Shown piece after piece: positions 24,701 through 35,331 of a stretch of DNA of 64,000 bases. A program made the translations under genes and the position numbers. The first letter of the stretch is position 1, and every line of letters starts with the position of its first letter. Origin of the DNA: Botryllus schlosseri (lineage: Eukaryota). Below the pieces are notes generated by a model. It was not told the origin of the DNA. It made no database searches and saw nothing but the letters and a program-made list of their open reading frames with translations. The stretch covers positions 29,886,001-29,950,000 of the forward strand of contig CM119372.1 in the NCBI GenBank assembly GCA_051294905.1. Direction: 5' to 3'.

Positions 24701-25738
24701 GCATCTAGGCAAAAAAAAAAAACCTACTTGGGTATTCTCAAGAAGTATGAGTGCTCAAGTATAAGTTTTCAAACCATTACCTTGACAAAATTTTCAGAAT
24801 AGCAACTTTTGCGTAAAGTCTGTCTTGCATTTAGTTGCCGTTGCAATTTAGCGACCTTAGGTCGTGAGTAAAGCTAGAATTCATAGACTAACATCCATCT
24901 CAAATCCGAAGTGCATACCCGCGCGGAGTAATTATAACCAAATTTAGTCAAATTTGACCTGCAATGTATTCTGGGTAACCCTAACAATTTCCTTACGTAG
25001 CTGTAGAAATTTGAAAAATTAAGTTACAAACGCGGTATCGTAAATTAGTATATATTACTAAAATACAAACTCGTACGAAATCATGAATTTTTCAACTGCG
25101 TGCCTTTTCTCGCATGTGTGGCTTATCCCTTGAAAAGAATGTGAATCCAAAGTGCATGTACGGATGGTAAGCAGCGTGAAATTAGACCCAACTGAAAATA
25201 TCTTGAGGACATGCTACTACAAATATGATGTTTATGCTACTTATACTTGACAATCTTCATTTAAACCAACTCATGAATACTTACATTTTGCTTACTTGAG
25301 AATCACGACTTCCACTTGCAGTCGAGTATAAATTTATGGATGCGTCTTCTACTTGAGTATCTATGAGTTTTCGTTTAGGAAAAACTAAAGCTAGTAGCCT
25401 CTATCTAACTTTATCAGCTGTTGGGGTATTAGCGAGAATCCAATATAAACATGACGCTTTGGAACGTCGCTATGGTTGGTGTTATCGCGAATTAGCTATT
25501 CTCAATGAGGTTCTAATTGGCTACGTAAGGTTAACGAAAGGTTGAGTTGTCTTCGCGGAGCTATATTATCCTTGATAGGTGGTAAGAGTATTCTGATTTA
25601 ATGTTGGTAGAGTTTTTTGTTTATCTGTTTAGTTTTTTCGACATCGTAAGAATGATTGATCTCTATTTAGGTGAAATCTTAGTGCTCGCAAAGAATTAGA
25701 CATACATTTATTGGGAGGGTTCTGGAAATAGTTGCGGA

Positions 25739-26434
25739 TTGCCTCGAGGATGGTTAGAAAAAAATATATTCAGAATATATATTATGGTGAATGTTTTTCG
25801 TTATGTATCGTATCGTATCAGAGAAATGCCTCAGCAGGTGAAAAGACGATTAACTGTACAGAATATGGTGGAGCTTCTATTAAGACATGAAGATGAGAAT
25901 CTAACTGATCCGAATACCTGGCGAAATATATTATCTGACTATCGTTCGTATTCAAATTCACTCTCGAAGAAGCGTAAAGAAGATGATATCAAATTTCTCA
26001 AGCGATTTCTTGCGCGTTATGAGATTCAAATTCTCATGGGAATGGCGGTGTTTCATGGAATATCAACAAGTCTTGTAGATGAAACTGATATAGTTTCTGT
26101 CTACTATCGATCTGAGCTCACCAGAGAAGAGTGGAGCGTAATGCTGAACTCATTTCATTCGAAAAATTGTTTGAGATGGGAGGGTATTTTATGTAGGAAG
26201 CTACTGATGTATAAGAGTTGCTGCTCGTTCTTCTTCGAGGCCGTTGAATATAATGGTTTCGTTGAGCGATTACCAATTTTCCAGATTCGTGGCTACTGTA
26301 GATCTATTGGGTGTCATGTGAAATTTCACTTAATTTCACCATATAACAGCAAGCGAAATGTCCTCATAAAAGTGAATGAAACTATGATTGATTGTGAACG
26401 AATTTATCCGGAAATTAAACGTGAAACTGAATGA
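25739..26434 (+). CDS. hypothetical protein; C-terminal W...CC.F...GYC...C..F pattern reminiscent of NOF-FB/MULE transposon N-terminal domains
   Basis: Longest ORF (231 aa) in an AT-rich repeat zone; family resemblance is from memory only. Confidence 0.35.
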   Translation: MPRGWLEKNIFRIYIMVNVFRYVSYRIREMPQQVKRRLTVQNMVELLLRHEDENLTDPNTWRNILSDYRSYSNSLSKKRKEDDIKFLKRFLARYEIQILMGMAVFHGISTSLVDETDIVSVYYRSELTREEWSVMLNSFHSKNCLRWEGILCRKLLMYKSCCSFFFEAVEYNGFVERLPIFQIRGYCRSIGCHVKFHLISPYNSKRNVLIKVNETMIDCERIYPEIKRETE

Positions 26435-26729
26435 ATTCGACGTTAAGGGTAATATGCAAATTGTACCAATTTCGTTTCCCAAAATTAGCGCCGAGAGTAG
26501 ATGAATTTAATGTTTACTCTACGCAAATGGTAATGATTCGTATAATTAATGATGTATTATCACATATTACGAATATAAAAATCATTCTGGAAATGTGTTT
26601 ATTGCTCTGAACAGGTGATTGGTGATATATTTCGAGCGATAGGGCTATGCGAGAGTTATTTAGCGAGATGAAAGTGATTGCAAATTCTACTCAGTAACTA
26701 TTTTAGTTAGAAATCGAGAACACAGGGTT

Positions 26730-27262
26730 ATCGACTTTTACGTATATCTGTTTTGCGTGAACATAGCATATACCTATACATAGTCAATTTCAATAGCAGA
26801 ATTAGCGTGTTAAACATTGAATTCCCACCTTTAAAGTTGGTACGCGGTTATAGGACATTATAAAATGCACCATACCAAATCCCATCACACATTTCATGAT
26901 GGAACAACTTTAAAACTAACGCGGCTCTACATCGGCTTTTTGCGTACATCTGTTTGTGGGAGCGTATAGCACGTACCCATACATAGCCGACTTTAATAAC
27001 GGAATTACCATGCTTAACATTGAATACCAACTCTAAACTTGATACGTAGTTGTAGAGCCTTATGACAATGCACCATGCTAAATTTCATCACACACATCTA
27101 ATGATGGAACACCTTTGAAACTATCGCAGTCGAATACCGACTTTTAGGCATATCTGATTTTCGTGAACATAGCATATACCCATACATAGTCAATTTCAAT
27201 AACAGAATTAGCATGCTAAACATTAAATTCTCACCTTGAACGTTAGTACACAGTTGTAGGAC
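26730..27262 (-). repeat. inverted copy of the ~203-bp satellite
   Basis: Reverse complement of arrays 1 and 2 (AATGCACCATACCAAAT, AATGCACCATGCTAAATTTC). Confidence 0.85.
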
Positions 27263-28011
27263 AAGATGATATTCCTGTACTTGCACTTCGAAATGATTTA
27301 CTGACTGTTGGCCCCTCGCCAAAATTTCGGGCTTTAGGAGTCAAATTGTCTTTCTTATGGTAAATTAACGTAGGGAGAATTAATCAGAAAATTTTGTAGG
27401 GTATAGACCTACTCTATACTGTAGGCATTGATACATTTAACGCATGAGCCGTCGAGTTCGTACATGATAAAATTCCTGGTCAAGGAATATGCTTCGGATA
27501 TAATTTCATCCTTTTCTTCAGTGATCGAAGGTGCTGATACTCGTGATAATTCCATGGTTTGAGGAGAATAGCGAGTCAAAGCTTATTTCGAGATCTAAGC
27601 TACTTTGAAAATGAGGATCCTAGGATTTGCTTAATTTTCATCTATATCGTTCAATGCGTTTTCGCGTTCCAGAATGACTTATGTCAATGAAAAATAGCAA
27701 AAATGATCTCTCGACCATTGATCATGGTTTTGTTTTTAAAAGATGCCGCGATGTCGGTATAATATTTTATAAAACTCAAACTAGGACGAAATCATGAATG
27801 TGTAGGACTTATGATTAAGATATATTGTGCGCAGACAACTTTCTTACAAGAACTATGATATTCCTGTACTTGCACGAATTACAAATGCGGTATTGTAAAT
27901 TAGTATATAGCCTACTACACAAAATCCGGAGTCTAAAAGTTTTTATTACAGTTGAGAAAAAGTACTCGATACGCTATATTTGAATCTAAAAATGTTAATC
28001 CCCGTAAAACG

Positions 28012-28094
28012 TACTGGCTGTGGGGTTCGAAGCCACGTGAACACCTGTTCATTGAAACTCAAGTCCAATGCCTTTACCGCTCGCTCAACCCAGT
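28012..28094 (-). pseudogene. degenerate tRNA-Leu copy
   Basis: Aligns end to end with 20754-20836 but has mismatches in the acceptor, D, anticodon and T stems; a further fragment lies at ~28213-28237. Confidence 0.75.
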
Positions 28095-29759
28095 TCCATT
28101 GTAACGATATCTGAGAAATCTATTAAATTAGGGTAGAAATAACTATTTCCAAGTAACTTTCACGAAGTCTCGATACGCTATATTTAATCTAAAAATATTA
28201 ATCCTCATAAAACGTACTAGGTGTGTGCTTCGAAGCCTAGAATAATAAGCGGATCGTGATTGAAAATAGAAGAAGGATCACCGGATTAACGTTTATGGAA
28301 TACTCCGCAATGTAAAATTAGTATATACTGCACAAAATCCAGAGTGTAAGAGTCTTCAGTGCATCGGAATAGTGTAGTTTTCTATCTACTTTATAAAATT
28401 TATACGCTTTTTCTTGCTACGTTCCGGGATAAAATGTAATTTTTCGTGCTTTTTGTTTATTTTTAATAAAATTAGTATCCATTATACAAAAACGACGTGT
28501 AAAGGTAAAGTACGAATACAAGTACAAGTTGATAGCCTACTTGGTATAGTTTGTTAAACACCATTCGAGAGTAGAAATGCATCACGATATCGCGAAAACT
28601 GTTACGTTATAATTTTGCAGCTAGCGGACAGTTGACGAGGCACAATTATAGGTCTAATATTATAGAATTTGACAAATATTGACCTGAGATCATAGCATTG
28701 GAGCGGTACAGCCTAATCCGGGTTTTAGCCATACTCCTGATAACTAGGCTATTAATCATGTCATCACCAAAGTCAAATTAAATCAGCGTTAGATTTAGCT
28801 TCGACTATTGGAACAGATCAATGACAACTTGAATATAATGACTAATGTGCCATATAGCAATAGAAATGTCAAATCGCCGACGGATCCATTGGTGTTACAG
28901 CTGTGGGGCGTAGGCTGCCACTACGTTACTCGACGAATTTAATTGGCGACAATATCATGGATAATGAGACCCAAGATCACATAGGATGTAACTAACTATA
29001 CATCAAGATACATAATACCAATTTTCGCCATACCGACCTAGCTCGAAATCAAAACACGCAACGCAAGCTACAACCTCGTTTTCTGATGTAAATATCTAGC
29101 AGGCGTACGGGGTCAATCTTGACTTCATATGTTTACTTATCATAAAAGCCAAATCCGTGCGATTGCGGTGTTGCCTACACCTGTATAACTTGTTAATGGG
29201 GTAATATCGGTAGCAGGTATATTAACCCGTTTTGCACTCTGCTCATCAACCTACTTGAGTACATAATTTTAACTTTTTTCATTAACGCAAATCTGCGCGA
29301 ATAGCTGCATAAATCGCGAAAAGGTGCAACTCTAATTTTTAGGCTTTATTGCAAATACCGATGCTGAAATTGTACTTATGTCACATAGAACTCGGACACT
29401 ATCGGTGAAATTCACATAAAATCATGCGTAGTTGATCGCGCGAAATGTATGTATAATTTTAATATATAACAATAAAACCGCGAGTGTAAAATTGCTGTTC
29501 AATGGCTTTATCACGTTCTTACCAAGTACCTTAATAAGGATAGACAGCTCCAAGCAGTAATTGTTAGGTCATCATCACTAGCTTTCACCTCTTTACTCTT
29601 TTCAGCTGCAATCGTAACTTCGATCAATTCTGCAATGAAGTAAATAGTAGTTTAAGGTAATGTTTGTATAACCTTTACGAGTGCCATTGTCACACTCGAA
29701 AGAGATATTACCGTCTTTAAATCATCAGTTGCACTGCAAGTTGAACATAAGTCTTACGG

Positions 29760-30047
29760 ATGGCGCTAAAAATAACTGTGTATCGTTTTGTACGCGCACA
29801 TACTGCGGTGTTGCGATATAGTCCTGACACGATTGTCCAAGTTCTGAAAGCTGGAAAAGATACTCTCATATTATTTGATTGCGATTTCGATCCCACAGAA
29901 TCTCAAGTTATTCGTGGTCAATGGAATGGTACCTCTATTATAGATGTAGAGGGAAAAGAGATCTTCCGATTTGTAGGTATCGTTAATATTCAGCGCAAAT
30001 CGGGCTTCATAATTGTGCGGGGGATCCCATTGTTGAATTTGAATTGA
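29760..30047 (+). CDS. 95-aa orphan protein, family A copy 2
   Basis: Within a ~545-bp duplication (21375-21921 / 29718-30265); frame intact. Confidence 0.65.
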   Translation: MALKITVYRFVRAHTAVLRYSPDTIVQVLKAGKDTLILFDCDFDPTESQVIRGQWNGTSIIDVEGKEIFRFVGIVNIQRKSGFIIVRGIPLLNLN

Positions 30048-30921
30048 TCGGCGTGTCGCTGTACATGATGCACTATATCGAAAACATTATTGTTGGTTGA
30101 ATATTGTCGAATGATTGTCTATAATGTTAGTTGCATACAAGAATCTCGGAGATCTAAGCTCAAGATTTACGTACTCATGCTTGATTTGTTCCCATAGCCT
30201 CGACCTTGGGAATCGCTTGTATGCATCCAAAGAAAATAAGTCGTGAAATGCGGAAACTGTAGAAACCATTAGGAATCGCGTACCTGCCGCGAAAAGTTTG
30301 TTTAATTGTAACGCCGAGAATTGTGCGCCTACGGCTAGTCCGCTGGCGTTTAGCGCTGATTAAATTATCCTTATACTCGACATGCAAAGTAAATTTGCAG
30401 GTATTGGAATGAATTCAGTTGTAGTGTGCGTTCATATTAGGTCATGAAATGCGGAGACCTCGGCAATCGAAACCGCGATCTGTCTGCGCTCAAAATCGCA
30501 TTTTATATGAATTAATTAATTAGTGATGATGTGTAGAATTTTGATATATCATCATAGAACCCCGCGCCTAGTTCAACGTTGATGAGTGTTATCTGTGAAT
30601 ATCTGACAACTATAGTATTCTATTGACATCATAGTTTTCGAAATTTATGTGTAATCTGAATGTTATTTATATCCAAAAAAGTAAGTTATTATATTAATAT
30701 TTTCAAGTCGCAGCGCTTAAAATCGCATTTTATATTAATTAATTAGTGATGATACATTTCAAGTTATTCAATACATATTGCTAAATATACATAGAAAAAC
30801 CGGTATTGAAATTCACAAAACAATGAAATTTGCTCATAAATACACACGATGTGGCACTGGCAGGTGACTTGGCAATGGGCATCCTGTAGGCGTGACAATG
30901 GGTGTCATATAGGCGTGGCAA

Positions 30922-32202
30922 TTAAGGCGACAATGTAGGCGTGGCAATTAAGGCGACGTGGCCTTCTGGGATTGGCGGGGCACAAACGATACCCATAACA
31001 CTACTAACATCCACATCCGTATTTCCGGGACCGTGGCGTATTCGTCGCATCGAATTCTCCATCCATTTTAGCAGTGGCATGTCTCCAGGGTCCATCATAA
31101 GCTGAAGCATTTCTTTTTCTGATTGGATTTTAGCAGACACATTGAGCAATGGGGCCGAAACACCAGAATACTCGCGTGGCTGTTGCTGCTGTTGTCGCCT
31201 AGTCCTTCCCCAATACTCTTTTGGAGTGGAGGTAGCGCGAGGTGTATTAGGAGAACGAGAGATATCGGAAAGTTCCTCATCGAGAGATTCTTCCGCGGAA
31301 TCCTGAGAGCTCGCACCGCCCCGTAGGGACCTTATATTATCTCTTATTTCATTGGAAATACGTTTTAGTTGAGTATTGAAATCGACTTCGCTGTCTTCTG
31401 CATCAGATTGTTCCTCGCCTGGACTATGAAAGGTTACCCGTCGGGAAGCGCCGTCCGCATTTATACGGGATTCTGTTTCCGAATTGCGGCGTTCCTGCCA
31501 ACCTTGATATCCCCTATATTTACTCAAGGAACTTTTTGCAGGTTCCGTCCTTGTTCCCACCGTTGCTGGGTTTCCATCTTTTTGTTTGGCGCGTGCACCA
31601 CTGCCCACATGGAAGCATGGCGTCGTCCCTATTAGAGAGTCTGACAACGAGGTCGAATCAGAACGTGGTAGCTTAGGATAGACGGCCGTTACAGTATGAC
31701 AATCTAGACCCTTGCGAACCGTCATCGTTGGTCCTTGTTGTATGTTACCAGACGGCTGCTCAGTGAGAGGAACGTAAGCCGGAGGGTCATATTCTGGTGC
31801 AGTTGGAGCTACTGTCAAAACGGGAGATTGGATGCTATCTCGTGTAGCCTGTGCATGCGACTTTCCGAGCTCAAATTCTGACGTAAGGATGTCATTCAGC
31901 ACGTCGGTGGAGACCTTCCCGCTAACTTTTGTTGTGGCATCACAAACAGCTTTGAGGTCCGCTTGAGCTTTTCGAACCTCTTTCTTTGCCTTTTCTAAAC
32001 CTTTCATGGTTTCCGGTAGAGCTGTCCTTACTTCTTTCAATAGCTCTGTTTGTTCAGCCACATCCTTAGCAAGTTGTCTTTCTTGTCGCCGAACATCTTC
32101 ATGGCGTTTTTGTGTCGCTTTAAGCAAGGTAATCCCTTGTTTGAGTTCGTCTGTCGCTTCTGACGACTTTTTCCTTTTGAATGCTTTCAACATCCTTCGC
32201 AT
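30922..32202 (-). CDS. gag: Gag-like protein, 3'-truncated, with N-terminal coiled coil and PTAP/PPAY/YPKL motifs
   Basis: 426-aa ORF downstream of a PBS; APTAPEYDPPAY and VYPKLP; the end runs into short tandem repeats at ~30850-30960. Confidence 0.6.
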   Translation of the reverse strand: MRRMLKAFKRKKSSEATDELKQGITLLKATQKRHEDVRRQERQLAKDVAEQTELLKEVRTALPETMKGLEKAKKEVRKAQADLKAVCDATTKVSGKVSTDVLNDILTSEFELGKSHAQATRDSIQSPVLTVAPTAPEYDPPAYVPLTEQPSGNIQQGPTMTVRKGLDCHTVTAVYPKLPRSDSTSLSDSLIGTTPCFHVGSGARAKQKDGNPATVGTRTEPAKSSLSKYRGYQGWQERRNSETESRINADGASRRVTFHSPGEEQSDAEDSEVDFNTQLKRISNEIRDNIRSLRGGASSQDSAEESLDEELSDISRSPNTPRATSTPKEYWGRTRRQQQQQPREYSGVSAPLLNVSAKIQSEKEMLQLMMDPGDMPLLKWMENSMRRIRHGPGNTDVDVSSVMGIVCAPPIPEGHVALIATPTLSP

Positions 32203-32210
32203 AGCCCTTC

Positions 32211-32480
32211 CTATTGACTGGAGGAAGTACTGTTGACGGAAGGTAGTAAATCAGGTGAAGATATGTTGAAATAGACTATAGATCCTAGCGGCGTATTTGT
32301 GGGTTGGACGTAAGCAGTAGATTCGCTGCTATTGGATCCCAAAAATAAGTTCAACAAATTAGAAAATGCTCCAGGCGACACGTGCAGATAATCTGCTGCC
32401 AATATAATCAGAAGAGATACAGACGATGAAAGCAAGGATACGACAAGTACAAGTTTTACGATGGTCGTCTTAGAAAGCAT
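32211..32480 (-). CDS. pre-gag small ORF with signal/TM anchor and N-glycosylation sequons
   Basis: MLSKTTIVKLVLVVSLLSSSVSLLIILAA hydrophobic N-terminus; NSS, NIS, NST sequons; lies between the PBS and gag. Confidence 0.45.
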   Translation of the reverse strand: MLSKTTIVKLVLVVSLLSSSVSLLIILAADYLHVSPGAFSNLLNLFLGSNSSESTAYVQPTNTPLGSIVYFNISSPDLLPSVNSTSSSQ

Positions 32481-32510
32481 CGATTGGTCAACGTCTGAAC
32501 ACCGGAAGTT

Positions 32511-32528
32511 TCCCCGTACTGGCCACCA
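32511..32528 (-). promoter_or_regulatory. primer-binding site complementary to tRNA-Ile(AAU)
   Basis: Minus strand TGGTGGCCAGTACGGGGA; plus strand equals the tRNA-Ile 3' end TCCCCGTACTGGCCACCA. Confidence 0.8.
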
Positions 32529-33894
32529 ATTTATTTTTTATAGTGCAGCTCCACAACGATTGTTATTCGAGTAGTCCACACTTGTTCGGGATACTTCGTA
32601 GGACAAAGTTGACACTCTTTGCTCTCTTGTAGTACAGACGACCTTCGTAGATCCGTATATGTTGACTTGAGATTTTCCACAGTCGGAAATGTTGATTGAA
32701 GTATTCCGTGGTTGTAGTTTTGTCTTGTTTCCAAACAGCCAATGACCATTAGGTCCAAAATTCTAATCTAACCTTAATACGTGTACTCTAAAACTCTTAA
32801 TACAACCAAATACTCCAATCAGTTAATCGTGCAGACGGAAATGAGGTAACTCTATGCAAAGCTTGGTTAAATTGGCATACACATCATTCATCAATTGTAA
32901 CACAAGGCATGGTTTAACCTATACATCATCATACACGATTAATAAACATTTTCAATACTCCAAGGTTTGTTTACGCATATAATTCATGCGACGGCCTGTC
33001 CTGCCGAAAAGCAGCTCCAAGGTTGATTTACACATATAATACATGTGACGGCTTTTCCTGCCGAAAATTTCATTCATTACATATCGTTTCACAATACTTC
33101 ATTACAATAGTCATGTAAGAAATAATATCATTTCTAACTGTTATACTAAAATAGCCAGAGAGAGAACGTCAAATAGTTTAGACACTCTTACGTTAGGTCC
33201 TAGTATGATGTCGAGCGGTGCGGACGCTTTTTCGACGCCAAGGAATATCTAGGCTATTTCAGTACAAGGGTATTTAAGATTTTTAATACAATTTAAAGCA
33301 TTACAATTTTAGAATTCATTCACAATATTTCTCATAATAATTAAACACAAGGTAATTGACATTAAGGACGTCACATCTTCAGTACAATTATCGTTACTAT
33401 AAGCCTATTAATCGGCCCGTGTGATACTATCCCTAACAAGGTGTTGCTTATTCGAACACTGTCAATATCCCTATGATTTATTTCATTGAAATATCGTAAA
33501 TGGGTCGCATCAGGATTTTATATTTTATAATGTTTAGCATTATTTTTATCAATAACGGTTCGCACCCGAAAGTCTAGGATTTTGTTTCCGTTAAACTAGG
33601 GGGTGATAAGGTCCCTAGGGTCCTGCTTATATAGCGTAGCAGTGTATAACGCATTATATACATACTGTAGGGATGACGAGGCCCCACAATATTAAACATC
33701 ATTTGCAGTCAACAAAGTATCAATAATCAGTACCAACTGTAAACATTTCTAAATACAGTTTGACCAAACCATACACGTGACGGAATCAATTCAATGTGCG
33801 ACAAAATATAATAAAACTACTCTACGCAAGACGCAATAGAGATTTTAACCATTCTATATCCCGTAGGCTAGTTATAACGGGTTATAAGTGAAAT

Positions 33895-34278
33895 TCAAAA
33901 ATAAGCAACATACGGGGCTCTGGGGGCTTCCGCTCTTTCTTTTAGCCACGTCGCAGTTACAAGATTACTTAGAGGGTGCATGCGGGCTATGTGTTGGAAC
34001 CACAAAATTTTTGCTTGTTCATAATTGCCATGAGTTTCAGTTATAAGTCGTTTATGTTCTTGGACTGCTTCAAACTTCCTTGTTTTTATTTCTTCTTTTG
34101 TGAGATCATGACCAAATCGATCAACATAGATGCTTACTCCATGCACCACAGCATTTATTTCAGTAGAGGCCCATTTTTCCCAACGCAATGCCGGTTCGAC
34201 CTTTTCGTATCGTTCCTTGAACATCCAGATATAGAAGTTCACATCAACTTGGGCAATATTGAGTTCCATTTGCGACAC
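33895..34278 (-). CDS. orphan family B protein (paralog of 49766-50134)
   Basis: Shared RWxxWA and EHxR...GNYxxAKxLWxQHIxRMHP; first ATG at 34269. Confidence 0.7.
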   Translation of the reverse strand: MSQMELNIAQVDVNFYIWMFKERYEKVEPALRWEKWASTEINAVVHGVSIYVDRFGHDLTKEEIKTRKFEAVQEHKRLITETHGNYEQAKILWFQHIARMHPLSNLVTATWLKERAEAPRAPYVAYF

Positions 34279-34481
34279 TCCTGGATTAATTAGGGATTGT
34301 CCAAGAATTATTTTAGCTCCTTATACAAAAGGGTGCATCATTAAACGATCCAATACATGAAGAAAGAATTATAATCATGGGGTTTCATTGATTCTAACAA
34401 ATTCCAATAATTTCGTCATCGCATCATTAGTAGATCTGTAATAATCATATACCAAACTGAAGCAAACATAACATTCCGTAT

Positions 34482-34877
34482 CTAGTATGCCCACTCACAA
34501 TTATTGCATTTCATCTTATGTATAAGTATAGCAGCTCTTACATCAGAGGGAAAGGTATCGTTAAAGAGTTTATCTGTGGTATAAATACAAAATCCAGTTC
34601 TATCCGAACAAGGCATTCTTTCTAGTACCCATCCTTCAGGTATGACATCCGAAGCAGGATGCAATCCAACACAGAAGACAAACCAACAAAACTTTGCATG
34701 TTCATAATTTTCAAACAGTATCATGCGAGAGATCCTTAAGTAAGGTGTCATAAATGTCTCCAGTTCATCCCGTGTTGTCGCAGCCCATCTGCTGAAGTCT
34801 TTGTGTTCATATTTCTTTTCAAAGGAATCGAAAAAAACGTCAAGTTCGTGCTTTACTCTAACAATTTTATCCCCCAT
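34482..34877 (-). CDS. orphan family B protein (paralog of 50140-50595)
   Basis: Shared FExxYxHxxFxxW and A..xWF...LHP...PE..L.ERxP. Confidence 0.7.
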   Translation of the reverse strand: MGDKIVRVKHELDVFFDSFEKKYEHKDFSRWAATTRDELETFMTPYLRISRMILFENYEHAKFCWFVFCVGLHPASDVIPEGWVLERMPCSDRTGFCIYTTDKLFNDTFPSDVRAAILIHKMKCNNCEWAY

Positions 34878-35007
34878 ATTTTCTTAACATAGAGAACTTT
34901 AAATTGGTTATTGGACCGAAAACTTTCCTTACTAATATTTTAAACATATATAACAACACTTCCGAAATATTCATCAATTGTGATAAACATACTAGATACC
35001 TAGTAAT

Positions 35008-35023
35008 TTACTTAGCATACATA
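35008..35023 (-). CDS. displaced 3' end (MYAK*) of the E2 gene
   Basis: ATG TAT GCT AAG TAA at 35022-35008 joins ...WTDM of the E2 once the insertion and one TSD are removed. Confidence 0.8.
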
Positions 35024-35057
35024 AGTAGTTAGTATGATCGGTCGCGATTCGTAATGG

Positions 35058-35331
35058 GGTTCTTATGGGCGGGGTGGTGACGCGCCTGAAAACCGGGGGT
35101 GGTGATGCGCCTTTTTTGCTATAGGCTGCGGCGGTGATGCGCCATGTGTTCTTATGGGTGCGGTCGTGATTCGCCTTTTTTGCTATAGGCGGTGGCGGTG
35201 ATTCGCCGTGAAAACTCGCGGTCGTGACTCGTCTTTTTTGCTATGGGCTGCGGCGGTGATGCGCCATGTATTCTTACGGGATCTGTGGTGACTCGCCATG
35301 TGTTCTTATGGGTGCGGTCGTGATTCGCACT
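35058..35331. repeat. GC-rich subterminal repeats (mirror 48251-48524)
   Basis: Recurrent GGTGATGCGCC, TTCTTATGGGTGCGGTCGTGATTCGC and TTTTTTGCTATAGGC units. Confidence 0.8.
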
